Shown here in pieces: positions 24,035 through 35,539 of a DNA stretch of 64,000 nt. The first letter of the stretch is position 1. Each line of letters opens with the position of its first letter. The stretch is from Malacoraja senta (taxonomy: Eukaryota). The notes beneath the pieces are model-generated. The model did no database searches. It was given only the letters and a program-made list of their open reading frames with translations, and was not told the origin of the DNA. The stretch is from NCBI GenBank assembly GCA_038087875.1, contig CM075988.1:20276001-20340000 (forward strand), written 5' to 3'. The translations under genes and the position numbers were made by a program.

Positions 24035-25145
24035 GAGTCATGGAGACATACTGTGAAAACAGGGCCCTTGGCCCAACTTACACATGTCTAATCTAGTCCA
24101 ATTTGTCTGTATTTGGCCCATATTCCCCAAACCTTTCCATCCATGTATTTGCCGAAATGTCTTTTAAATGTTGACATCGCACTTGCTGCAACTACTTCCT
24201 CTGGCAGCTCATTCCATATACCCACCACCCTCTGTGTGTAAAAGCTGCCCTTCAGGTTCCTAGCAAATATATATTTCTCCCTGTCACCTTAAACTTAGTT
24301 TAATTTAGTTTATTGTCATTGGTACCGAGATACTGTGAAAAGCTTTTGTTGTGTGCTAACCGGTCAGCGGAAAGAGAACATATGATTACAGTCGAGCCAT
24401 ATGCCCTGACAAACCTATGCCTTTTAGTTCTTGATTTCTGTAAATTGTGTATTTTATCAGTCATCTGTTCCTGTTTTGGGATTTTCTTTCCGTGCCAAGC
24501 CCCTGTCTTTTATCCCAGGTGGATATTAAAAATATCACAATGAGATTTTGACAAGGAGATTAGCCTCTGAGGCCTTGGCTGATACTTATTCCTTAATCAG
24601 CATAAAGAGTCACGGAATCATTAGGTTATGCAGCACAGAAACAGGCCTTTCAGACCAATTGGACCATGCCGACTGTTGCCTATCTAATCTATTCCCATTT
24701 GTCCGCATTTGGCCCATATCCCTCAAAATCATTTAGATACATAAATACATAGAAAATAGGTGCAGGAGAAGGCCATTCGGCCCTTCTAGCCAAATGTATT
24801 TTAATTTCTATCCAAATGTCTTTTAATTATTTTATTTGTGCATGCCTCTACCACCTACCCCAGGCAATAATATTCTTATGTCTTTTCTGCACCCTTTCCA
24901 ACTGAATCACATTCTTCCTATAGGTGGCGATCAGAACTGCACACAATATTCCAAGTGTGGTCTCACCAATGTCTTGTGCAGTTGTAACATGATGTCTCAA
25001 CTGATGGCACAGCTGATAGAGTTGCTGCCTCGGAGCGGCAAAGATCCGGGTTCGATCCTGACTTTGGGTGCTCTTTGCGTGGGGTTTGAACATTCTCCCT
25101 GTGACTACATGGGTTTCCACCGGGTGCTCCAGTTTCCTCCCGCAT
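24035..25145. mobile_element. Mosaic of CR1 (-) fragments, a Rex-type tail and an HE1 5' half (+, ~25004-25145)
   Basis: CR1 UTR motifs; CAGAACTGCACACAATATTCCAAGTGTGGTCTCACC (reverse VRPHLEYCVQF); HE1 B-box GGGTTCGATCC. Confidence 0.8.
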
Positions 25146-25589
25146 ATTTCCTCACACTAACTTTTAAAATTAAATAACCGGTTCCCTGTGGGAAGATCTC
25201 AGAGAAAGGTCCTTCACAGACTGTGACTCATCTGAGAAGGCTACTGACTTGAAATGTCACCTATCCATATCCTCCAGAGATGCTGACTGACCTGCTGAGT
25301 TACTGTGTGTTCAATGCAAGATCCCAGCAATTCCTTATGTCTAAACTCATTTGATGTGCTGCTGAATCCCAAATAGCAAAGTAGAATGTATGTCTTGAAG
25401 CTGTCGTGGCATTGTAACTTCCTGCAAAGGATTATTAAAGGTATATCCTATCTCTCAGAATGGTCTGTTGGTAGGTCAGTGGTCTATGAGCACTGATGAC
25501 AGTCTAGATCATGAAAATGGTGTGCAGGATCACACACTACATTCTGATCAGTGACCTTAACCATCTCTCAGTTTGGCAACACTTTGGTT

Positions 25590-26035
25590 TTAATATTCTC
25601 ATCCTATTTGCAAATCCTTCTCTTTCTCCAGTTCTTCAGAGTTAGCAGACAAAATGTGTAGGAAGGTAACTACAGATGCTAATTTCTACCGAAGATAGAC
25701 ACAAAATGCTGACGTCACTCAGCGGGTCAGGCAGAATCTGTGGAAATAAGCAATAGGCGACGTTTCGACCTTTCTGAAGAGGGGTCTTGACCCGAAACAT
25801 CACCCAAAGCATCTTTATACAAAATTGCTGCCTGACCTGCTGAGTTACTCCAGCATTTAGTGTCTACCTTCAGAGTTAACTATTCTTTTCCAATTCTCTT
25901 TAGCTTCCCTGATTTTAATTGCTTTTACATTGGCGACTGTACCTTCAGTTGGCACGGTTCTATGCTCTGGAATTCCTTCCCTGGCTCTCTCCCCTTCTCT
26001 AAGATGCTCTTTAAAACATGCACTTTGACCAAAAA
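25590..26035 (+). mobile_element. L2 3' fragment interrupted by a Penelope-like fold-back element (25645-25867)
   Basis: CTTCAGAGTTA at 25634-25644 and 25868-25878; core CTGAAGAGGGGTCTTGACCCGAAACATC 25774-25801; L2 motif GCTCTGGAATTCCTTCCC. Confidence 0.8.
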
Positions 26036-26574
26036 AAACTCAAGCACCGTTCTCTGCAATGGGATGATTTGTGATGATTGGCTACATTCCAAATGGTTCC
26101 CAAAAAGATTGAGCATTGAAGTCGGTGCAAGAATAATTGTAAACTTGGCAGCAGGAAGAAAGAGCGCACTCCATGACTCGGAACAAAATTATTGGTGAAA
26201 CAGCAAAGACTTTGTGTCATCATTTGATAACCATGTTTGATCTCTCCCGCAGCTGGAGTCTGTGATGGGGAATGCGGCCAGGTGGCAGGTTTGGGACTTA
26301 GGTTCGGAGTAGAATCTGCTAACTGCGGAGAATGGAAGGTTTACCAAGGCTTAGGGAGATCACGAGATGAACAGCAATGTATCGCAAGTGACCAACTGTG
26401 GAAAATAGTTAACCCCTTGTCTAAAACAAGCAGCCTTTTGCAATTCATTCATGGCTACTGATTATATCAAAGGCCATTCAAATTGCCACCTATTGAAACA
26501 TTATGCTTGTCTTTTGAGTTGCTGTTTGGAAATTCATGGCTCTCAAATTGGAGAAACTAGCAGCCACTGGAAAG

Positions 26575-26805
26575 ATTTAGACACAAAATGCTGGAGTAAC
26601 TCAACGGGTCAGGCAGCATCTCTGGAGAAAAGGAATAGGTGATGTTCCAGGTCAGGAACATTCAACAGACTGATGCCTGATGAAGGGTCTCACCCGAAAT
26701 GTCACCTATTCCTTTTCTCCAGAGATGCTGCCTGACCCGCTGAGTTACTCCAGCTTTTTGTATCTATCTTTGGTGTAAACCAGCATCTACAGTTCCTTCT
26801 TACAC
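26575..26805. mobile_element. Penelope-like fold-back element with CUGAUGA hammerhead core
   Basis: ~65-bp near-perfect inverted arms; CTGATGAAGGGTCTCACCCGAAATGTC 26677-26703. Confidence 0.9.
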
Positions 26806-27389
26806 AATCTGTTCCATTTGTTTTGGTTTTATAAGATTGGTTCCAATGCCAAGTGTTATACCAGATTTTAACTTCAGCTGAAGTTTTCCAAAAAATGTCA
26901 AATCTCCCACCATTTAGAAATGCGTCTTTTTTCACTTTTCCTGTCAAAAAGAACAATTTCACCATTCTTTTTTTTTACAATATATTTCATTTGCCAGATA
27001 TTTGTCAACTCACTTTAGCAACCTCGATCTTGTATGAACTAACCTTCCTGCCTAAGTTTGAGTCCTCAGGAAAGTTAGCGATCTGGTCCCCTTCACATTG
27101 TCAATTTTCAAATGAGAAAAAATTAAAAGCTGGAACAGGTATATTATGTTTGGCTAAATGAGTAAAAAAAATAGCCAGAGCCGAGCAATTTTCATGTACT
27201 AATCATTGTGTTTGTTATTGTCAGGATTTGATGGGAAGTTGAGGATAATGAGACTGTTTCATAGCCAGAAGAAAGAATTAGAGATTAGTCCAGTGCTTTG
27301 ACAGATTCTGAGAAACCAAATTTTGTGCAGGATTGTGCATTAAAGAGATATCTGCAAGTGCAAACAGGCCTTGACAGAAGGCAAGTACC

Positions 27390-27570
27390 GGTTTAGTTTA
27401 GAGATATAGGCCCTTGGGGCCAACGAGTCCACACCGACCAGCGATCCCAGCACATTAACACTATCCTACAAACACCATGGACAAATTTTACATTTACACC
27501 AATTTTACACTTATATCAATTAACCTACAAACCTGTATGCCTTTGGACTGTGGGACGAAACCAAACATCA
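27390..27570 (-). mobile_element. HE1-type SINE 3' half
   Basis: GTTTAGTTTAGAGATATAGG...GACCAGCGATCCCAGCACATTAACACTATCCTACA. Confidence 0.85.
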
Positions 27571-28785
27571 TGGTAGGCTGGAAGGTTAGATTGCATGGGA
27601 TCAAAGGAGAGATAGCTGAATGGATTTAAAAAATTGCTTCATGGAAGGTAAGCAGAGGGTGATGGTGGAAGGTTGCTTCTTGGACTGGAGGCCTGTGATT
27701 AGTGGTGTGCCTCAGGGTTCAATTCTGGGCACGTTATTGTTCGTTAACTATATCAATGATTTGGATGAGAACATCAATTGTGTCACTGCATGGCAAATTA
27801 ATTTCACTGTGCCTTAGTTGGTGCATGTGATGAATAAATTTGACTTTGACTTTGACTACACGGCACGATTAACAAGTTTGCAGCTGATACAAAGTGGGTG
27901 GTTTTGCAGATAGTGAAGATGGTTGTGAAAAATTGCGACAGGATTTTGATTGATTGGCTAGGTGGGCTGAGGAATGGTTGATGGAATTTAATGCAGAAAA
28001 ATGTGAGGTGCTGCATTTTGGGAAGTCTAATAAGGGCAGGAACTACCCAGTGAATGGTAGAGCTCTGGGTAGTGTTGTGGAGCAGAAGGATCTAGCAGTG
28101 CAGGTGCATAGTTCTCTGAAGGTGGAGTCGCAGGTAGATCGGGTGGTCAAAAAGACTTTTGGCACATTGGCCTTCATCAGATAGGGTATTGAGTATAGAA
28201 GTTCGGAGGTCTTGTTGCAATTGGATAAAACATAAGTGAGGCCATATTTAGAGTATTAAGATTGGTTCTGGGCACCGTGTTATAGGAAAGATGTTGTCAA
28301 GCTGGCAAAGGTATAGAGAAGATTTATGAGGATGTTGCCAGGATTAGAGGATCTGAGCTATAGGCAGAGGTTGAGTCGGTTGGGACTCTATTCCTTGGAG
28401 CACAGGAGGATGAGTGGTGATCTTATAGAGGTGTATAAGATCATGAGAGGAATAGATCGGGTAAATGCACAGAGTCTCTTGTCCAGAGTAGATGAATCAA
28501 GGACAAGATGACATAGGTTTAAGGTGAAGGGGAAAATATTTAATAGGAATCTGAGGTAATTTTTTCACACAAAGGGTGGTGGATGTACAGAACAAGCTGC
28601 TAGAAGAGGTAGTTGAGGCAGGGACTATCCCAATATTTAAGAAACAGACAGGTACATGGATATGACAGGCTTGGAGCGTTATGTACCAAATGCTGGCAGG
28701 TGGGACTAGTGTAGCTGGGACATGTTGGACGGTGTGGGCAAGTTGGGCCAAAGGCCTGTTTCCACACTGTATCACTCTATGACTC
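27570..28785 (+). mobile_element. CR1 LINE fragment (RT to 3' UTR), frameshifted, with a small tail insertion at ~27780-27860
   Basis: SGVPQGSILGTLLFVNYINDLDEN; WAEEWLMEFNAEKCEVLHFG; LGLYSLEHRRMSGDLIEVYKIMRG. Confidence 0.92.
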
Positions 28786-28912
28786 TATCTCGAATAAAAC
28801 CCACGCGGTCACGGGGAGAACGTACAAACTCCGCACAGACAGCACCCGTAGTTGGGATCAAACCCGGGTCTCTAGCGCTGTAAGCGCTGTAAGGCAGCAA
28901 CTCTACTGACAT
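28785..28912 (-). mobile_element. HE1-type SINE 5' half
   Basis: ACCCACGCGGTCACGGGGAGAACGTACAAACTCC...GGCAGCAACTCTAC. Confidence 0.85.
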
Positions 28913-29014
28913 CGATAGTTTTTCTGTTGTAGTTGTATCCATGACGATATTCATTTGACATTAATGAATTAAACTTCAGAGAGAAACACAGATAAGAAAT
29001 ATAGTTCAACGGAG

Positions 29015-29480
29015 CTTTGTCTGTCACATGTGCAACTGCGCAGTGTAATTCGTTTTGCATATTTACACATGCAGGCACCACCATGTTTTGGCGCCATTTC
29101 CAAAGTCTAAAATCCATTCCATCCGTGCACTCAGTCTACTGGAGGGGTTCCCAGTCTTGGTTAGCCCAGGCCCCTGTCGGGCCTCCTCCATCGCCTTCAA
29201 CCGGATCGGTCCGCGAACTGACATCCTTCTCCTCGCCCGGCCATCTTTGTGTCCCGGGGGTGGGCGGGGTGGTGCCTCCTGCAGCCGACCCTGAAAGCAC
29301 TGGAGGCATTATCCCGATTCACGTTCTTATCGGCCCTTACTCCTTGCGTGCGTCTCTCCAGTGGCTCCCTCCTGGTTCCACCAAAGATACTAGTCCGCTC
29401 TAGTATCTTTGGTTCCACGGCCCACAAAGCCTTCGGGTCGCATCGTTCGACGGGATCCCAGTTCCACGGACGCGGCACTT
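29015..29480 (-). mobile_element. Unclassified GC-rich retroposon, copy B
   Basis: Reverse complement shares GGGCGAGGAGAAGGATGTCAGTT..GCGG.CCGATCC and the tail with 9310-9880. Confidence 0.7.
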
Positions 29481-30464
29481 CGGGAAATATTCCTTACTTA
29501 TTATGCTGAACAGAAATAATGACGTTATTATCACCTGCCCCTGACACCAAATGTAGTTTCTCTCTAGTATATTAGACTGAGGATTCACTGAGAACCACAA
29601 AGATTCTCTAATGTTGAGTTAGTAGCTGGTTATTTGGAAAGTGGAAATACAGATAGCTCTGCAAAAATGTGTGATTTAGAGTTAGAGTCAGAGAGTCATA
29701 GAGCTAGACAGCATAGAAACAGGCCCGTCGGCCTACCTTGTCCATATCGACCAAGTTTGCATACTGCGCTAGTCCCTTTTGCCTGCAATTTGCCTAAAAG
29801 ACAGTATACAAATACGAGTTCCTCTGCCTGTCTTAGAAAATACTGCCCTTCATGGATCACGTTAAGGTCAGCCCGAGACATGGCAGTCTGTGCTTATTTC
29901 AGTGGAATAATGTCCTTCCCATCCATGCCTGAGGTCACTAGACTTCTCTTCCCATGCACAGATGCTGATTAACGTACGTGCCATGTCTGCAGGGACATCG
30001 AACCACTTCCTGTCAGCACAGCTGCGCTGGAATACCAGCATACTGCTCAAACAAAAGCCATAAAACGTCGACCCCATGTCCACAGTAGGTCTGATCCGGA
30101 TTTATTTCCATAGTAAATTAGCCACTCGCGAATGATCATAAGCTGTGTGTCGATTGCCAGGAGCTGATTAAAATAATCGACACTAAAATGTTCACGTGGG
30201 ATTAATTTGCGAGTCGAGAACTCAAGCGCGATTGAAAGGGTTCAATTGTTTGGATTCTATTATGTCATCTTTAATTTAGCGGGACAACATTGCCAAGGCT
30301 TCTGACTGAATGAGTTGGACAGCATTCATTTACCTTCCTCTGGCCACAGATTAGCTGCGGATGCAATGTTGAGTCCAGCCTGTGTGCAGGTTTAGTTCAG
30401 GTTGGCTCAGCTTCCTCATGTTGCGTCATGTCTGAGGTTAGAAGCAGACTCCAATTGATTCAGT

Positions 30465-31250
30465 CATAGATCTGTAAAGGCCCAACTACCCACCTTGTTG
30501 GTGCTGACCAAGTGGCATATTGGGCTGGTCCAATTTACTTGCATTCGGCCTGAAGCCCCCAAACCCTTCCAATCCATACATGGGCGGCACAGTGACGTAG
30601 CGGTAGAGTTATTGCCTTACAGCGCCAGAGACCCAGGTTTGATCCTGACAAGGGATGATTGTCTGTACGGAATTTGTACGTTTTCCCAGTGACCTGTGTG
30701 GCTTTTCTCCGGGATCTCCGGTTTCCTCCCACACTCCAAAGATGTACAGGTTTGTAGGTTAATTGGCTTGGTATAATTGTAAAATTGTTCCTAATGTGTG
30801 TAGGATAGTTAGTGCGGGGATCGCTGGTCGGCGTGGACTCGGTGGGTCGAAGGGCCTGTTTCTGCGCTGTATCATTAAAAACAAAAAAAACAATCTCTCC
30901 AAATGACTTTTAAAAGTCGTAATTTTATCTGCTTCTATAGCTTTGTCTGGCAGCTAATTTGAGATTCGTAAGACCCTCTGCGTGAAAAAATTGCCTGTGA
31001 GGTCTCTCTTAAATATCTCCCCTCACACCCTCTAGTTTTTGGAATCCTCTTCCCTGGGAAAAAGATTGTGAGGGTTCACTTTATCCATGTCCCTCATATT
31101 ATCGTACACCTCAATGAGGTCACCCCTCAGCCCCCTGCACTCCAAAGAAAAAGTCCTGCCCATCCAACTTCTCATTGTAGCTCAAGCCCGCAAGCCCTGG
31201 TAACATCCTGAAAATTTCTTCTGAATTCTTTCCAACTTAATGACATCCTT
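30465..31250 (-). mobile_element. CR1 3' fragment interrupted by a full-length HE1 SINE
   Basis: AAACCCTTCCAATCCATA (~30561) resumes TCTCCAAATGACTTTTAAAAG (~30896). Confidence 0.8.
30582..30890 (+). mobile_element. Full-length HE1-type tRNA-derived V-SINE
   Basis: Head GGGCGGCACAGTGACGTAGCGGTAGAG (A box), GGTTTGATCC (B box), V domain, CR1-like tail, A-rich end. Confidence 0.93.
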
Positions 31251-31473
31251 TGTGGTTTGCTACCGCTTAAGATCCCAGGTGCCATCAGTGCACCACGCAG
31301 TGGTCGTTGCACTCTTCCTCCAGGCTGGTTTGTGCAGTGAAGGGTTCACTTGAATCAAGCTCGAATCCAGTTTCAAGGCGATGGCTTCTAACAGAAATGA
31401 TTATTGATGATGTTTAATGTCACTCCGAGTAATTAAGCAGTTTGGGCATTGGCAACACGGTATAAAATAACCA

Positions 31474-31641
31474 AGGAGACAAATGAAACAGCAGTCGCTG
31501 TAATCTTGAGCAATTGCTAGAGTGTTGGAGGAACTCAGTGGGTCAGGTGGCATCTGTGGAGGGAATGGACAGGCGATGTTCCAAGTCTGATTCAGCCTGA
31601 AGAAGTGTTTTGACCTGAAACGTTCCATGTCCATTCCTTCC
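31474..31641. mobile_element. Penelope-like asymmetric fold-back element with perfect 12-bp TSD
   Basis: ATAAAATAACCA at 31462-31473 and 31642-31653; decayed core CTGAAGAAGTGTTTTGACCTGAAACGTT. Confidence 0.88.
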
Positions 31642-31849
31642 ATAAAATAACCATCCTTATTTCATGCAGTGACTGTTTCTCCAGAGTGACTATAGTAGGG
31701 TTGGGTGTCCTGCGGTGAGTGATTAATCACCGACAACCCCAAGCCGTGCACCGTCTTAGTTGGATCTGCTTCACCATCTCTTGACACCACTCACGACATA
31801 CCACCTTCTTTGGGTGGTCACCCATCTACCACTTAAAATATTCCTTCCT

Positions 31850-32722
31850 TCCACTAATGCTCCGTGGCTGCAGTGTGTGCCAAAATACACTGCATTTATT
31901 TACCTGGGTTAATCCAGCAGCTCCCTCCCATCTCATGATCTTGCTCAAGATGAACAAGGGCAGCAGGCATGGAAGAATACTGCCACATATCCCCTCCAAG
32001 CCACACAGGTTGGATATATATCGCCGGCCCTTTGTCAACACTGGCTCTAAATCCTGGAATTCCCTCCCCAAATTTGGGCAGCACAGTGACACAGCTGGTA
32101 GAGATGCTGCTCACAGCACCAGAGACCCAGGTTCGATGCTGACCTGATCTCCACACTGTTTGTGTGGAGTTTGCATGTTTTCCCTGTGACCGCGTGGGTT
32201 TCCTCCAGTTGCCCCAGTTTCTTCCCACATCCCAAAGACATGCGGGTTTGTAAGTTAATAGGTGTCTGTAAAATTACCCCCAATGTGTAGGTGATGAATG
32301 AGAAAGTAAGACGACATGAGTCTATTGAGAACTGGTGATGGGTTGGTGTGTACTCAATGGGCCGATGGGCCTGTTTCCATGCTATGCCTAAACTAAAGGC
32401 AACTTTACCTGAAGGACTGCAGCATTTCAAGAAGATGATTCACTCCCAACTTCTCAAGGACATTTACAGACTGTTAATAAATGCTGGTATTGGTGACACA
32501 AAGAACTGCAGAAACAGGAATCTTGAGCAAAACGCAAAATACTGGAGTAACTCAGCAGGTCAGACAGCATCTGTGGAGGGAAATGGACAGAGTAGATTTC
32601 AGGATTTGACAGCCCTGCCTGGATTAGAAATTGGTATGTTATTGTCAAGTGTACCAAGATATAGTGAAACCCTTGATTTGGAAGAATGCTAGCCTTATCA
32701 GCATCACCTTGTCCAAAAAGAG
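31850..32722 (+). mobile_element. Old CR1/L2-group LINE 3' end interrupted by HE1 (32076-32397) and a Penelope-like arm (~32495-32600)
   Basis: IYRRPFVNTGSKSWNSLP then, after the SINE, GGACTGCAGCATTTCAAGAAG...CTTCTCAAGG...AATAAATGCTGG. Confidence 0.7.
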
Positions 32723-32739
32723 GAATAAAAAGACCTTTG

Positions 32740-32902
32740 GATATCAGTGGTCACGATAAGATTGCTGCGTGCAAATTGTTTGCTGCATTTCTTGCATTTT
32801 ACCGGTGACAGCATTGCATTTAATACTTGATTGGCTGTGAACTGCTTTGCAGTGTCCTGTTGCCGTGCCAGGTGCTAGATAAATGCAAATTCTTTCCTCT
32901 TT
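32740..32902 (+). mobile_element. DeuSINE (SacSINE1/AmnSINE-like) 3' relic
   Basis: TTGCTGCGTGCAAATTGTTTGCTGCATTTC...ATTGGCTGTGAACTGCTTTG...GGTGCTAGATAAATGCAAATTCTTT resembles the recalled Deu-domain and tail consensus. Confidence 0.65.
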
Positions 32903-32939
32903 CAAAGATACATGTTCCACGTTTTGGGAAATAACAGAC

Positions 32940-33140
32940 ATTCCTGTGGCGGTGGAGGCCAAGTCTTTGGGTATTTTTAAACCGGAGATTGACATGTACT
33001 TTTAGTATTGGTGTCCAAGGTTATGGGGAGAAGGCAGGAAAAAGGGGTTGAGATGGAAAGATAGTTCTGCCATGATCGAATGGCAGAGTAGACTTAATGG
33101 GCCGAATGGCCTAGTTCTGCTCCTATGACGTGAACATGAA
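32940..33140 (+). mobile_element. CR1 3' fragment
   Basis: GGCGGTGGAGGCCAAGTC...GGTTATGGGGAGAAGGCAGG...GGGCCGAATGGCCTAGTTCTGCTCCTATG. Confidence 0.88.
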
Positions 33141-34032
33141 TTGTTGACGTACTTTCAGACTGAGATTGTAATTTGGTTAAACCATTAATTTATCTTGCTC
33201 CTGAAACATGTCTATTTTCGGGAAACCAACCCAGCTCGTAAGGCAGTCTGCAACAAACTTTATTCCTCTCAATGAGAGAATCAGAGAAGGTTTACACACT
33301 ATACTGTGTTTGTTCGTCTCAATTCCACAACCTTCAGGATTGCTTCATATGAAAGTAAAACGTGTTTCAGTTGATTGGTGCCTACACAGAGTTGGAGGGT
33401 CTTTATGGTGGACATGATCTGTGGGGAGCCACTGTACCTGTAGGATTTGGACAATCTTCCCTTGATGACTTTGATTGTCACCAACTTGAGACAGGGTCTA
33501 TTTCGGACACACGAATGGAAGCAGCAGGGTGCAAGGTCCTGGAAAGAGGAAAGGTATCAGCAAAAAAAAACTTCCAGCTTGAAATGTAACACCAACCAGC
33601 GAGCTAATCTTTCATACTGTCATCACCAGCAACATGGATATCAGCTGTCAGGGACTTGGCAAAATAGGAGTTGGGACCCTGATTAAAGAAATGCCAATGG
33701 GATTTAGTTGTTCTTTGGTGGGGAGAGTGGGAGTCCAACCTTTTCCAAGAATAAATCTGAAAATACATTGAAATGTAAAGTGGCCAAGACAGGGGCATAT
33801 CGGGTGCTAAATAGACCGCGGTTGTTGTGCAATGGTGCTGAGTTGATGCCTTCATCTTTATCATTGGGCATCTTAATCAGTTTCATGTCTGTGTCTGGAA
33901 ATAATTATGTGGCATCTTTATAGGTCTTCTTCTCTTAAAATTTATTAGCAGAACATAAAGGTATTGTGTTTAATTATCTTTATAAAATTACCCCAAAGCC
34001 GGTAGACGTCAGACTTTACAGGTACAATGCGG

Positions 34033-34398
34033 AAACATAGAAACATAGAAAATAGGTGCAGGAGTAGGCCATTCGGCCCTTCGAGCCTGCACCGCCATTC
34101 AATATGATCATGGCTGATCATCCAACTCAGTATCCTGTACCTGCCTTCTCTCCATACCCCCTGATCCTTTTAGCCACAAGGGCCACATCTAACTCCCTCT
34201 TAAATATAGCCAATGAACTGGCCTCAACTACCTTCTGTGGCAGAGAGTTCCAGAGATTCACCACTCTCTGTGTGAAAAATGTTTTTCTCATCTCGGTCCT
34301 AAAAGATTTCCCCCTTATCCTTAAACTGTGACCCCTTGTTCTGGACTTCCCCAACATCGGGAACAATCTTCCTGCACCTAGCCTGTCCAACCCCTTAA
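34033..34398 (-). mobile_element. Young CR1 3' fragment inserted into an HE1 tail
   Basis: Near-identical to ~14607-14967; KGLDRLGAGRLFPMLGKSRTRGHSLRIRG. Confidence 0.95.
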
Positions 34399-34675
34399 AA
34401 TAGGCCCTTCGGCCCACCGAGTCTGCACTAAACCTCGATCACCCCGCACACTAGCACTATCCTACACATTAGGAACAATTTACAATTTGACCAAAGCCAA
34501 TTAACCAAAAAACTCTATGTCTTTAGAGTGCCAGAGGAAACCGAATCATCTGGCGATAAACCGGAGAACCCGAGATAATGTACAAACTCCGTACAGACAC
34601 CACCTGTAGTCAGGATCGAACCCAGGTGTCCAGCGTTCTAAGGCAGCCAATCTACTGCTGCGCCACTGTGCCGCC
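34399..34675 (-). mobile_element. HE1-type SINE
   Basis: AGGCCCTTCGGCCCACCGAGTC...CAGGATCGAACCC...CTGCTGCGCCACTGTGCCGCC. Confidence 0.9.
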
Positions 34676-35149
34676 AGCAGCTAATATCAGTCAATTCATT
34701 TGGTTTCTTATTGTGATAGAAAAGGAGTTGTTCTGGAAATTTCATTTCAAGGGCAAAGCTTTCATTAGCTGAAAATTGAAACCTGTATCACGGAAATATA
34801 TTGTGTCAGAACGATAGTTACTTGTTAAATAATTGATGCTATGGTTGGAAAAGGCTAGACACAAAATGCTGGAGTAACTCAACAGGTCAAGCAGCATCTC
34901 TGGAGAAAAGGTTATTCACGTTATTCTCTTTATCATGCATCTGTACACTGTGGATGGCTCGATTGTAATCATCTATTGTCTTTCCGCTGACTGGTTAGCA
35001 CGCAACAAAAGCTTTTCACTGTACCTCGGTACATGTGACTAAACTCAAATTCACACATTGTTAAATGCTTAATAGAATTCTAAACCTATACAAAATATAT
35101 TCTGGTGATTTCAGTAACTAAGAATGACGATATACTTAACAAGAACAAG

Positions 35150-35465
35150 AGAGGCAGTCAGCACTGCTTGAAGGAATACTTTCAGCTGTGACCTTGGCGT
35201 GCGTGCCCTGACAAGACACTCCAGCATCCAATTCAGTCTGTCCCACTCACACCCCTGACTGACAGCTTCAAGAGGCCGCGTGCCAATTAAAGAACAAAAA
35301 GGCTTTTGTGAGGAGACACTATCCCTAAAACTCAATAGTGAAGAAGTTCAGTCCAATATCTACAACTGGTCTTGCCCATCTTGGAAGAGGGGGATATGCT
35401 AGGATCTCAGAGATGCCATTATTATGACCATCTTCAAAGAAGAGAGGAAGTCCGACTGCAGTCCA
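35150..35465 (+). mobile_element. RTE-clade LINE relic (start of RT domain)
   Basis: DLRDAIIMTIFKEERKSDC at 35403-35459 resembles the RTE motif DLRDAxIxTxxKxKGDxSDC. Confidence 0.65.
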
Positions 35466-35539
35466 GTAAAGTCCGTTAACCAGTTCCACAGTTCTCAACA
35501 ATGTAGCCCTCTTAGTCATGCACCTGACTCTATCCAAAA

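Noticed and set aside
30582..30660. tRNA genes (A/B boxes)
   Set aside because: These are tRNA-derived SINE heads that run into the V domain and LINE tail; no complete cloverleaf.
33362..33589. Possible coding exon on either strand
   Set aside because: Splice-like signals exist, but neither peptide is recognisable and no partner exons were found.
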